From Octopus sinensis (taxonomy: Eukaryota), in the NCBI RefSeq assembly GCF_006345805.1, contig NC_042997.1, forward strand, positions 194,060,001-194,124,000: a stretch of 64,000 nucleotides of DNA. Reading direction: 5' to 3'. Shown here one piece after another: positions 1-11,645 of this stretch (within the stretch, counting starts at the first letter, position 1; each line of letters begins with the position of its first letter). The translations under genes and the position numbers were made by a program. The notes under the pieces are model-generated. The model saw nothing but the letters and a program-made list of their open reading frames with translations. It made no database searches and was not told where the DNA came from.

Positions 1-486
1 ATTTATATATATATATATATATATAATTTAATGTAATTTAGATTCAGTTGAATTAGGTACTTAAATTGAGGCACCTTGTTAGGACGATCTTATTTGCACA
101 CTCAGACAATATTAGGTGATTATCAAACTCTAGATAGAATTTTTTCCATCCGATATCCATGTAGTGTATGCAGGTGGCACGATACATCTTAGTGAAGAAA
201 TTCGCTGTTGTTTGTTCAGACATGTACTTTATATAAAGATATCTTCCAAATACTTCCGAAGTGCAGATTCCAGAGTGGGTGGATTTTTATATCGTCAAGC
301 AATATATAATGGACTGTGGCATATAGCTGGTCGGAAGGTTACCGTCAGTTTGGCGCCTAATATTGCCACTAGACAATGTTGACTCTAGGTTACTTCAGTA
401 GTCTTAAAAGTGTTGACCGAAATTCAGTGAAAGATATTTGAGAGAAGAAAGAAGAAAGGAAGATCACCCAGATATTGGTGTTGTTG

Positions 487-789
487 TGTTTGTTTGTTCC
501 TTCTCGAGCCATGTCTGGAAATTCAGTGAAATTCTTTGGCGTATAGGTTCCCCACCTGGGTGGGATGTCGGTCCGTCGCAGGTGAGCTGCAAGATGCAGG
601 TGAGCTGCAAGATGCAGGAGGAAAGAGTGAGAGAAAGTTGTGGCGAAAGAGTCAGCAGAAGTTCGCCATTACCTTCTGCCGAAGCCGCGTGGAGCTTAGG
701 TGTTTCACACACATCGCTCGGTCTGAGACTCGAACCCGCGATCCCTCAACCGCGTGTCCGCTGCTCTAACCACTAGGCCATGTGCCTCC
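487..789 (-). mobile_element. tRNA-derived SINE, family C (possibly octopus OR-type), with TTGT tail
   Basis: Minus-strand head ggaggcacatggcctagtggttagagcagcggac...ggttcgagtctcagacc has A/B boxes. Same body occurs at 29716, 45792 and 61060. TSD agatattggtgtt flanks it. The family name is recalled, not verified. Confidence 0.85.
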
Positions 790-1109
790 GAGATATTGGT
801 GTTAGTCATAGTTAAAATGTATAAGTTATATATGTACCCTTTTTTAGATCAAAAACGGACGCGACCAAATCGTCAGACCGAATTTGTGCATATGAGGGCA
901 TATTTAAAACTTTCACTCATCGAATTTAGAAAGCGCTCAGAACCTGTAAATATTTTAGAACGAATTTCTTCTACGTTAGCTGTATATGGTGATTAAAGGA
1001 GGACACAACAGCGTATAAAATCAGCTGACGGTCCTCATCTTAAAAAAAGACGAATGGTTACGGCTGAAATGCTTTTCATCATAGATTTACATGATTAAGT
1101 CTGACACTG

Positions 1110-1400
1110 CAACACTCGCTGTTTTACGACAATGCTACTCTTCCTGTTCTCATTTACGACCATGCTACACTCTATTTTACGATCTTACTAAATACACGCT
1201 CTATTTTGCCTGCCTGCTATTCTTTCACTCAATTTGACATGCTTCACTCTCACTCTACTTTACGACACTGTCGCGCTAACTCTGTTTTACGACATTGCTA
1301 TGCGTTCTAATACGACCTTGCTACACTCACTCTTTATTTTACGAGTCTGCTGTTCTTTCACTCTATTTTACGAGCCTGCTATATTCTCACTCCATTTTAA
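1110..1400. repeat. Degenerate ~25-30 bp minisatellite with core TTTTACGA
   Basis: Recurrent ctrttttacga(c/g) followed by tgct...cactct motifs. Confidence 0.6.
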
Positions 1401-1629
1401 TTCTTATTTTATAATTTCTGTTTTTAACTTAGCCAGAAACCTTACAAAAGTTTATCTGAAATTAGTTTTAAATGACCTGTTATCGCTTCGTAATCTATGC
1501 TGTTCGTTTAATTAAGATATTAAATGACTAATTAAGGCACTTATACAGATCTACGTGCTCTTACTTTCAGATGGTATCTCTTAATTAGAATGAATCCATT
1601 TGATTTTGGAACATTGGTATATATATATA

Positions 1630-1855
1630 TTTCTTTATTGCCCACATTGGGGTTAAACATAGAGGGGACAAACAAGGACAGACAAAGGGATTGAGTCGAT
1701 TATATCGACCCCAGTAACTGGTACTTATTTAATCGACCACGAAAGGATGAAGGGCAAAGTCGACCTCGGCGGAATTTGAACTCAGTACGTAACGGCAGAC
1801 GAAATACCGCTAAGCATTTCGCCTGGCGTGCTAACGATTCTGCCAGCTCGTCACC
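1630..1855 (-). mobile_element. SINE family A (tRNA-like head, Tx1-like tail)
   Basis: Matches other A copies; flanked by ggaacattgRtatatata duplication. Confidence 0.9.
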
Positions 1856-2493
1856 CTGGAACATTGATATATATATATATATATATATAAGAGTCATAAA
1901 TAACAAGTTTAACACCTGTTTAGAATTTGGTGGAGGCTTTCATCTTAGATCGTTGAACTCAAAACCTTCATTTTGATATTATAGCTTCTGAACTATTTCA
2001 AGTATGTCAGTTATTTTTTACGTGAGGGCAGCTTTATCAAGGAGTAACTCTATGCTTTCATGAGATCATGAGATATTTTTATCCTAACGCGACTCTACTT
2101 CCTACGGCAGAGAGAGACACATTGAACCAATGAAATGATATGCGGATCATGTTCATAACATTGTGAGTTCAATTTATGAGCCGAACAACACACTGTGTCC
2201 TTGAGCAAGGTTCTTTATTTCACGTTACATCAGCCTATTCAGTTGTAAGTGAATATCTGCCCTAACAAAACAGCAATGGAAAACACTGACATAGAAGAAA
2301 CACACGATGATCTGCGTCGGCCAAAAGAGCAAAGAAAACCGTTTTTCTTGAAATGTCAAAAATCACGCCACGCGCAAAATAGATCAATTTATCATGTTTT
2401 CTGAATATTGGAGCTAAAGAAAATAGAACTAATTTCAGGTGATCTGCCTCAAGTACCCAGTTCAAAGTGAAAGATGATGCTCCCTGATTTATT

Positions 2494-2580
2494 TACCGTA
2501 TTTGATGACCTATGAGACGCACCTTTTTTTTTTTTTTTACCCCAAAATGGCTTTAAAAACTCCCCTACGTCCAATGCACT
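2494..2580 (+). mobile_element. Possible Tc1/pogo-type MITE end
   Basis: taccgtattt...tatgagacgcacc-poly(T) resembles ccgtattt...tataagacgcac termini; no partner TIR found. Confidence 0.3.
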
Positions 2581-2679
2581 CAATGTAAACTCAAAACTCG
2601 TGACTGTGCTGCCATTGATTGAATCGTCAAGTGATGGCGACGCTGAAGTTACTTGGCAACGCTGCAAACGTTCGCTATA

Positions 2680-2842
2680 GGCGCAGGATTGGCTGTGTGT
2701 TAAGTACCTTACTTACCGATCACATGGTTCCGGGTTCACTCCCACTGCGTGGCACCTTGGGCGAGTGTCTTCTACTATAGCCTCGGGCCGACCAAAGCCT
2801 TGTGGGTGGATTTGGTAGATGAAAACTGAAAGAAACCCGTCG

Positions 2843-2905
<63 letters not shown>

Positions 2906-3045
2906 ATGTATGTATGTATGTATGTATGTATGTGTATATGTTTGTATCTGTGTTTGTCCTGGGGTCGATTTTCTCGACTAAAGGTGGTGCCCCAACATGG
3001 CCACAATCAAATGACTGAAACAAGTAAAAGAGAGAGAGTAAAAGA
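2680..3045 (+). mobile_element. SINE family B (tRNA head + ccttgggcaagt core + internal microsatellite + CR1-like tail), internally deleted
   Basis: Head ggcgcaggattggctgtgtg, box B ggttcactccc, internal (TA)(TG)(TATG)n, tail ggtggtgccccaacatggcc...gactgaaacaagtaaaagag. Confidence 0.9.
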
Positions 3046-3789
3046 GTACACATACATGCATACATACATATGTACATATATGCATGTGTATACACACACA
3101 CACACACACACATTCACACACGCTGTATAGTCCTGCTTTCTAGAAGTAGTAGCTACATTTCCCCCAAATCTCACCGTCCGTCTTATTGTCTTAGAAAAGA
3201 GAAAATACAATTGACAACGTAATCCCGGGCATACGAAAAACAGAAAAGAAATGGTCACCGCTGGGACGCCTCTCATAGATTTTGGTTGATCAACGCTGAC
3301 CCTTGAGCTAATCAACAACAAGTTAATAAAACAATTACTCCTACACATTCGTACCTACACACACAGCAACACAGCTACGACAGCCACAATGTCTTCCCAA
3401 CCTAGATTTTACTCCCCACCACAACCGCCTTTCCCATACATTTTGATCCTATTTTCGTTGACTCGGCAAACAATTTAATCTCTCGTTATTTTCAAACTTA
3501 AACGTGACTATATATAAAGGGTAAATGTAATTTTCTTCCCACTGAATATCTCTACCAAAATGTCTCTACCGGTGCTGTCGGATGTTCTTAATCAACATCC
3601 TCACCATCATCATCGTCGCCGTCGTCATCTTCCTCATCATTATTACCGGCACCAACACCACCACACCATCATCATCGTTATTATTATTGTCGCCGTCATA
3701 ATAATGATCATGATCATGATCATGATGATTTCATTTGTTTGCCACTAGGGCGAAGAATGAGGGTCACAATACAACGACAGACACAAAAT

Positions 3790-4190
3790 TTTGGCACAAG
3801 GTCTGAAATTTTGAGGGAAGGAGCCAGTCAATTTCATCGACCACAGTACTTAACTGGTACTTATTTGATCGACCCGAAAGGATGGAAGGCAAAGTCGACC
3901 TCGGACGATATACCGCTACGCATTTTGCCAAGCGTGCTAACGCTCCTGCCAGCTTGCCGCCTTCGTTGTAAAATCATTAATAGTAATAATAATAATCCTT
4001 TCTATTGTAGACACAAAGCCTGAAGTTACATCGACCCCAGTGCGTAACTGGTAGTTACTTAATCAACCCCGAAAGGATGAAAGGCAAAGTCAACCTAGAC
4101 GAAATTCGAACTCAGAGCGTAGTTGCAGACGAAATACCGCTAAACATTTCGCCCAGCATACTAACGATTCTGCCAGCTCGCTGCCTTAAT
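3790..4190 (-). mobile_element. Two adjacent SINE A copies with the alternative (cttgtgcctagagtagaaag-type) tail
   Basis: A head/body motifs (gtcgacctcgg, cttgccgcc/ctcgctgcc) occur twice; the tails differ from the Tx1-like tail. Confidence 0.8.
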
Positions 4191-4203
4191 AATAATAATA
4201 ATA

Positions 4204-4238
<35 letters not shown>

Positions 4239-4260
4239 TAATAATAATAATAATAATAAC

Positions 4261-4291
<31 letters not shown>

Positions 4292-4360
4292 TAATAATAA
4301 TAATAATAATAATAACAACAACAACAACGAAGACGACAACAATAGCAATAATAATAATGC
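4190..4360. repeat. (AAT)n/(AAC)n microsatellite
   Basis: Direct reading. Confidence 0.97.
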
Positions 4361-4487
4361 CCAGGCAGTGGTATAACAATATTCCAGAGATAATTCTTCT
4401 GCTAAAGTGTCAATAAAACTATTGCAGAATAATGCGATAAAACGTGTTGCTCCCTTCATTCTCCTTCTTGATATTTATGACAGATTA

Positions 4488-4705
4488 AGGCGCCGAGCTG
4501 GCAAAAACATTAGCACACCGGACATAATGCTTAGTGGTATTTCGTCTGTCTTTATGTTCCGAGTTCAAATTCCCACGAGGTCGACTTTGCCTTTCATCCT
4601 TTCGGGGTGGATAAATTTAGTACCAGTTGCGTACTGAGGCCGATCTAATCAACTGGACCCCTCCTCGAAAACTTCTGGCCTCGTGCCTAGAGTAGAAACG
4701 AATAT
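4488..4705 (+). mobile_element. SINE A with alternative tail
   Basis: aaggcgccgagctggc...gagttcaaattcc...cgtgcctagagtagaaacg. Confidence 0.85.
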
Positions 4706-4829
4706 TTTTGCACATGTATTGGGATGGAAAGAAAGTCCTGATGCATTTTTTTCACATGATCACTCTGAGGTTACTTTTTCAACACTTGCAGTAAAAATAA
4801 AATAATCTTTACATTCTAATGTTTCTTTT

Positions 4830-4901
<72 letters not shown>

Positions 4902-6609
4902 ACTTTATACCGATGTGGTTAAATTCACATCGGTTTAGCACTTTTAAAATGAGTTTTGATCAGAGCCGTATCAGACACTGCATGTCTTATGAATTGAAAG
5001 AAATTTTTCAGTAATGGAAGCAGCAAGAAATATTTCCCTCTGTCTATGAAAACGAAGTTTTCATTAGTACATGACAGGACCTCACTCCGGCTCTCTCGCT
5101 TCTTCACAAAGTTCTATACAGCCCCTCCTTTATGAAAGATATCACAAAATTATCCTTCATCATAATGGAAGGGGAAACAGTTTCCTCCGTCGGTGGCACA
5201 ATTTCCACCGACGAGGTTTCAATACATGCCGGCAGTGTACTACTAACCGCAGGCAATATCCAACTCTTCTTCCGGAGGATCATCCTTCCTTCCCGCAGCC
5301 TTGGGGTCCTTCGGTGGGCAACCATTGTTGCCCACCTTCTTCCTTTTTTCCCTTTTTTCGACTGCCTCCATCTCTCCCTCCAAAAGGTCGCCGTAAAATG
5401 ACTGAAACAAATAAAAGAATAAAAGAATATAAGAATACACATAAGTAACAATCAAAGTTTGCAATAGAAACAGTAACAAAACATGTCTGAGTCGAAGCAT
5501 GTCTGATTTTTAGATTTTTGCCAAGTGCGAACTTTATAATTCTGGAAATATCTATTTCCGGCAGATGCCTACGTCAAATGTTTATGCCAAAAAGACTATT
5601 CAATCTCCTCAAAGCCACAGTGCTCCTTTGTTCACCACTGAAGTTCGTTAACCTAAACAAAGAAATCAGTAAAGTGATTTCCACATATTACTCCAAGGCT
5701 CCAAGATGGCGTCAGTTATTTGTCGGGAGTTCGCAGAATTTCGTTTTGTGCCAACATCAACACCAAGATAGATTTTCAGATAGCCAGTAATTGCCGGAGT
5801 TCTTTTGATAAGTTTTCTAGGATTTGGAGACCTCTTCAACTAATAATGTAAGTGAAAGCGACATCAATAGATGAAGAAATCGTTAAGTTTTTGAAAAGTT
5901 GCCAAAGATTTTCATGCGAAAGAAATTTAATTGTTCAAAATGATCAGAAATATTTTGGCTTTCAGCTTTGAACTTTTGATGAAATACATTGCCTAAGTTT
6001 GTTTATTTGTTTGTTTGTTCATCATAAGCGAAAACTTCCGTGCAATTGCGGAAGTAGTAATGAGAAATCATTAAATAGATAAACAATATTGTGCGCTTGT
6101 ATGCGTAAAAATGTGACAGGCCTGTTGACAGCATGTCGTAATATTTTTATTATTATGTGAAATGTCATTGAAGGTTTTCGTTATAACTGAGAAGGTCAGT
6201 AAAAGAATACTTCGTTTACGACATCAGCACTGCTGACCTCCAGATATCGGGCATACTCTACAGAACGGGGTGAGGGATAAGTACCAACATAAGATATTGC
6301 AACACAAAGAAGATATTTTCCATCAAAAACTATGTGGGACCAACGGAGTGCTTCTACATTGGTGTTCGACTTGCAAGAAATATCAACAGCTAAATTTTAA
6401 ATTCGCACCTTACTATCTTAGAAAGGTGAAATACATATAATGCACCATATTTAGCAGTGAATAAGGTGCACGGTTTTTCTGGGGGTTTTCTTCTATAGTT
6501 TTTTTTTTCTTCTTTTTTCAATAATTAAGAAACTTGCCCTGTGTTTAATGCCGCCGTGTTAAAGATTGAAGTCCTGGAGAGCAGAAGTTCGCTCGGTACA
6601 ATAATTGTT

Positions 6610-7020
6610 GAAGTGGCTGTGTGGTAAGTAGCTTGCTTACCAACCACGTGGTTCTGGGTTCAGTCCCACTGCGTGTCACCTTGGGCAAGTATCTTCTACT
6701 ATAGCCTCGGGCCGACCAAAGCTTTGTGAGTGGATTTGGTAGACGGAAACTGAAAGAAGCCCGTCGTTTATATGTATATATATGTGTGTGTGTATATGTT
6801 TGTGTGCTTGTGTTTGTCCCCCACAACATCGCTTGACAACCGATGCTGGTATGTTTACGTCCCCGTAACGTAGCGGTTCGGCAAAAGAGACTGATGGAAT
6901 AAGTACAGGGCTTACAAAGAATAAGTCCTGGGGTCGATTAGTTCGACTGCAGGTGGTGCTCCAGCATGGCCGCAATCAAATGACTGAAACAAGTAAAAGA
7001 AAAAGAAAAGAATAAAAGAA
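6610..7020 (+). mobile_element. SINE family B, near full length
   Basis: Head, core, internal (TA)(TG), tail gcaggtggtgctccagcatggccgcaatcaaatgactgaaac. Confidence 0.92.
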
Positions 7021-7024
7021 TAAC

Positions 7025-7405
7025 CATTTTTTACTTTCGCACAAGGCCAACAAATCTGAGGGGCAGGGAAGTCAATTACATTGTCTCCAATGTTCAACTG
7101 GTACTTATTTTATCGACCCCAAAATGATGAAAGACAAAGTCGGCATCGGTAGAATTTGAACGCAAGACGGATGAAATGCCGCTGGCGTCTGAACCATTCT
7201 GTCAGCTTGCTGCCTTCATTGTTACTAATAACAAAATATTGATTTCAAAATTTAGCTCAAGGCCAGCAATTTCAGAGGAGGGTGGGGTGGGAGCAAGTCC
7301 ATTACACTGATCCCAGTGCTCAATCAATACTTACATTATTGACCCCGAAAGGACGACAGGCAAAGTCGATCTCGGCGGAATTTGAACGCGGAACGTAAAG
7401 ACAGA
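7025..7405 (-). mobile_element. Two diverged SINE A-type copies
   Basis: gaccccgaaagga...caaagtcg...ggaatttgaac motifs occur twice. Confidence 0.7.
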
Positions 7406-7407
7406 CG

Positions 7408-7470
<63 letters not shown>

Positions 7471-7849
7471 CTGGTGGTGGTGGTAGTAGTAGTAGTGCTG
7501 GTGCTGGTGGTGGCGTCGGCAGTGGTGATTGATGGTGGTGGTAGTGGTGACAGTGGTAATGAATGTTTTGATAGTAGTTGTGGTGATGGTGGTTGTCGTA
7601 GTACTGGTGGTGGTGGTGGTGGTGGTGGTGGTAGTAACAGTAGCAGCAGCAGTAGCAGCAGTAGTAGTAGTAATAGTAGTACCAACACCAGCACGTGTTG
7701 AGTGCTCTGACAGTTGTTTCCCATCAGCCGCCCCGATTCTCAACCCTTCGTCACTTCCACCAGCACCGCGGATGTTACCGAAAAGAGCATACATCATCTT
7801 CACACTTATTCTAACCGTCACTACCACCGCCACCATCGCCACCACCACC

Positions 7850-7881
<32 letters not shown>

Positions 7882-7885
7882 CAAC
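7408..7885. repeat. Compound trinucleotide repeats (GTA/GGT/AGC, then CAC/CAA)
   Basis: Direct reading. Confidence 0.9.
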
Positions 7886-8141
7886 AAAGCCGCCATATTT
7901 GAAACCGATGCTTCATTTCCTGTTGTCAGGAGGTTAAGGTCTCGGCTAACGTAAACCTCCCCCCTCCTCCACGATCTCTGCAAGCCAGATACTTTACAAA
8001 AAGACAGTTTCACAAATGAAAGCGCTCACGCGAAAGTACGCTCATTTATAGACACAAAAATACATACACGCGCAATTTCATTCATGTATCGAGGTTTAAC
8101 ACTGAAGAATATATTGGACACACTTTATATTTATGTGTGCG

Positions 8142-8366
8142 AAGGCGGCGAGCTGGCAGAAACGTGAGCACGCCGGGCGAAATGCGTAGCCGTATTTCGT
8201 CCGCCGTTACGTTCTGAGTTCAAATTCCGCCGAGGTCGACTTTGCCTTTCATCCTTTCGGGGTCGATAAATTAAGTACTAGTTACGCACTGGGGTCGATG
8301 TAATTCCTTTTGCCTGTCCTTGTTTGTCCCCTCTGTGTTTAGCCCCTTGTGGGTAATAAAGAAACA
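8142..8366 (+). mobile_element. SINE A with Tx1-like tail and 14-bp TSD
   Basis: TSD tatatttatgtgtg at 8126-8139 and 8367-8380. Confidence 0.95.
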
Positions 8367-8518
8367 TATATTTATGTGTGTGCGGTTCTGTATGTCTTCG
8401 AATATATACACTGGCGAAAATAAATTTAAGACCGATGATAAAAGTTCTATTCCTTACAAAATATTTTGTTACTAACACCATACAAATTATTTCTATCTTT
8501 TTAGACCTTATGCAGAAT

Positions 8519-8895
8519 TTATGTCTCTTTCGAATTACTATCAAATAATTTCCTGATTATTCTGGCCGCAGCAAGGAGGCAAACGTTTTGTAACAGTTCT
8601 ACTGAGCACTGTACTTCAACTTCCTTTATATTCCCCTTGATGCCTTCTGATACTGTCCCCAAGGACCCAACAATAATTGGTACTATCTTCACCTTCTTCA
8701 TTTTCCAGAGCCGGGCTATTTCGTATTTAAGAGAGTTGCATCTATCGATCTTTTCGCCTTCTTTCAAAGGGACATACAACATCAACTATATAGCATATGT
8801 GTTGCACCTTGTCCACCACCACTACGTCTTGTCTGTTATGCTCTAGCACCTGATCTGTTCGGATTGAGAAATCCCAAAAGATTTTGCTATATTAT
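8519..8895 (-). pseudogene. R4/Dong-type LINE, RLE endonuclease C-terminal fragment
   Basis: WDFSIRTD..HNRQDVVVVDK..C..VDV and EKI..LKYEIARLW..V.IVPIIVGSLG..LLQ..LL.AARIIRK; abuts a (TAA/CAA)n tract. Confidence 0.85.
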
Positions 8896-8912
8896 TATTA
8901 TTATTGTTGTTG

Positions 8913-8945
<33 letters not shown>

Positions 8946-8946
<1 letters not shown>

Positions 8947-9772
8947 ATTCAGTAGTTTTATTTTTATCGCGTGCTTTCACTTCATTACCGAGCGCAGCTC
9001 TGTGTGCCTTGGGTATGTGCTGTGGTTTGCTGTGATGCTCTTATGGTTACTGTATCGAAAGTGTTTTGTGTAGGATGTGTGCAGTGCACAATAGTGCAAT
9101 TTTCTGTATGTTATATATTTGTAAGTCCTGGTGTTTTTGTTATGTATTTGTCTGAATATTTTTTATCATGCCTAATGCGCCCACTATGATAGGAATCGTT
9201 TCTGTTTTTAGATTCCACATTCGAGTTACCTCTATTTCCAGGTCTTTGTATTTTGAAAGTTTCTTCATTTCTTTTAGAGAAACGTTGTCATCTGCTGGCA
9301 TTTATACATCAATTACAAAGCATTTTTTTCTTCATGATCTCTGACAACTATATCTGGCCTATTGGACTTAATTTCTCTATCTGTGTGTATTGGCATATCC
9401 CATAGTATGGTTGCTTTCTCGTTTTCTGTGACCTTCTCTGGCGTGTGCCTATACCATCTTTTTTCTGTTGTTATTCTATAATGTTGGCATAGCTTCCAGT
9501 GTATGTACGTCCCAACTCTGTCGTGTCTGTGAATATATTCCTTCTTTGCCAAGATTGGGCAGCCAGAGATAATGATTTATTGTTTCTTGTCCATCTCCAC
9601 ATATTCTGCAGTTACTTGTTATGTTTCTTTTCATTATATGTTTTTGGTAATTTCTGGTGGAGAGGCTTTGATCTTGTGCTGCAATTAAAAATCCTTCAGT
9701 CTCTGCTTTGAGTCCTGAGCTTCTCAACCATTACTGCGATTTTTGCTGTCTATTTCTTTTTCTATTTTCTTT
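8946..9772 (-). mobile_element. 5'-truncated R4/Dong-type LINE (zinc knuckle + RLE + 3' UTR), frameshifted
   Basis: ETEGFLIAAQDQSL, CRICG..ETINH..C..L..KEYIHRHD, WD..IHTD..NRPDIVV, QKIALL.TAHIL; flanked by (TAA)n-type repeats on both sides. Confidence 0.93.
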
Positions 9773-9774
9773 AG

Positions 9775-9778
9775 TATA

Positions 9779-9826
<48 letters not shown>

Positions 9827-9886
9827 GTTATTATTATTACTACTACTACTACTACTACTACTATACTACTACTACTACTACTACTA

Positions 9887-9937
<51 letters not shown>

Positions 9938-9938
9938 A
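9775..9938. repeat. (TTA)n/(CTA)n microsatellite
   Basis: Direct reading. Confidence 0.97.
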
Positions 9939-9939
9939 A

Positions 9940-10135
9940 CTGGGTTGGTGCATAATTATTGCGGCTTTTTTCAACAAATTTTATTCAACAAAAACAATAA
10001 CAATATTTAACAAAAACATCTTTAAATGACGGGGCTGACCGTCTGCCAAGCAAATGGGAAGAGGTAATTGAAGTAGATGGTGAATATGCTCCGGAATAAT
10101 CATTTAAAGATGTTTTTGTTACATGTTGTTATTTT
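9940..10135 (+). mobile_element. Mariner-derived miniature element
   Basis: TIR-like tgggttggtgcataattattgcggc; a 22-bp perfect inverted repeat encloses DGADRLPSKWEEVIEVDGEYAPE*, which resembles a mariner C-terminus. Confidence 0.7.
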
Positions 10136-10199
10136 ACTCTTGCAAAAGGCGTTGAGTGCCTCTTTCTTATTCGTGTATATAAATATATAGTTTCAAATT

Positions 10200-10412
10200 T
10201 ATATGCGTCACTAACGTGACAAAGGGTACAAAATCAACACCAGAAGTATTGCTAGAAATAAGAGTCAAAACAACTCAGTAGCCACAGAAGGCAAGCTCCC
10301 TTGTCCGTCATTACGATAATGCTTTTCTGTGGCTATTGAGTTGCTTTGATTCTTATTTCTAGCAATGGTGGCGCTGATAAGTGTCACTTGTTCACTTTAG
10401 TGACGTTTATAT
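10200..10412. mobile_element. Fold-back element / MITE
   Basis: Arms attgctagaaataagagtcaaaacaactcagtagccacagaa / ttctgtggctattgagttgctttgattcttatttctagcaat, with outer cgtcactaa / ttagtgacg. Confidence 0.8.
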
Positions 10413-10699
10413 TTCCTGCCTTTAGGTTGTAAAATGGCAATTTAGCCAAATTTATATATGTACGAGTGTGTATGTATGTGTAAGTACATATGTGTACGTG
10501 TGTGCATATGTGCGTATATGTGCGTATATGTGTGTATGTGTGCGTATGTGTGCGTGTGTGTCTATTTTGATATTGATTCTCAGGTCTTGCTGGTGATCGG
10601 TTTCTTGTCTAACTGCCGTGTACGTATTGAATGTCTTTGCAATTTATGTTTGAATAACTTCACGAATGATTATATTTAAAACTTACCTTCATATATACA

Positions 10700-10940
10700 T
10701 TACAAGTTCAGGTGTATACCTGTAATCATTGGGGCACTGGAATATGTAACACATTGCCTAAATGCCAATCTTGAGAAATTAGGCTTCTCAAAACCAGAAA
10801 GGAGAAAGTTGATTCGACGACTACAGCTCCAAGCCATCACTGAAACTATAAAAATCTGTAAAACTTTCCAGAAGTTTATCATTTGAATACATATGAGCAT
10901 GTCTAGATATGCAAGTATATGCATGAGGAGACATACATAA
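10700..10940 (+). pseudogene. RLE-type LINE 3' fragment (CATA-associated subfamily)
   Basis: FRCIPVIIGALEYV..LNANLEKLGFSKPERRKLIRRLQLQAITETIKICKTFQKFII*; same family as 26372-26975. Confidence 0.8.
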
Positions 10941-11602
10941 AGAAATAATTAATATAGTTATTGTTTTATTTCGTATTCTCTCAACAGAAATGAAAACATT
11001 TTAGAAGTTTATTGAAATTTCTTTTCGTTTTCTTTATGTATTCATTAAAAAGAAATTCGTAGCAAACCGGAGGTTAATGCTTCAAATATCAAATTCGAAG
11101 AAAGGCAGTAGACTGGCGGAATCATTAGTGGTGTAAACAAAATGCCTTGCGATTCTTTACATGCTGAGCTCAAATCTCAAGCTCAACTTGACCGTTCATC
11201 CTTCCGGGGTCGATAAAATAACTGTCAAGCAGTGGTGTAACTAAAGTGTGCACTGCCTGGAACAGCCCTTGAGTGTGCCATACTCCACCCCATATCGTTA
11301 CACAGACTCATACATCAGGCTCAAAAGTACCCCCAAAAGTTACCAGGGGCGAACGACCCCATCACCCCAAACCCTATTGTTGTCAAGTATTGGATTCAAC
11401 TGAACCGACTAAAACCCCTTCGCTCAAATTTAAAGTCTTCTGCCTACGTGAAGAGCAATATTGAATTCAAAGAATTTATCAATTCCATGTATGTCTCAAG
11501 AATTCAACCTTACTGTATTAATTCTGTATTTCTGAGACAAGAAATTTATATATACTGCTTATATATACTTGGATTGGTGTTCTCGTCTTAATTGTTACTT
11601 TG

Positions 11603-11645
11603 CACTACGTTCCAGCTGTTGTACGCTCCAGCCTTCATCAGGTGT
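11603..11645 (-). ncRNA. Degenerate minimal hammerhead-like motif (Penelope-type terminal repeat remnant)
   Basis: Minus strand reads cac-CTGATGA-a-ggctg...cagct-GGAAC-GTA-gtg. Confidence 0.45.

Noticed and set aside
2262-2465. 67-aa minus ORF that looks protein-like
   Set aside because: No recognisable domain or convincing splice sites; it is adjacent to repeat remnants.
5480-5960. Possible piggyBac transposase remnant (TGYLKIYLG...)
   Set aside because: There is only a short resemblance among many stops, with no catalytic motif, TIR or TTAA support.
7336-8013. 225-aa minus ORF and poly-Q/H tracts, plus a YY1-like gccgccatattt
   Set aside because: The ORF consists mostly of trinucleotide repeats and runs into a SINE; a single motif is not enough to call a promoter.
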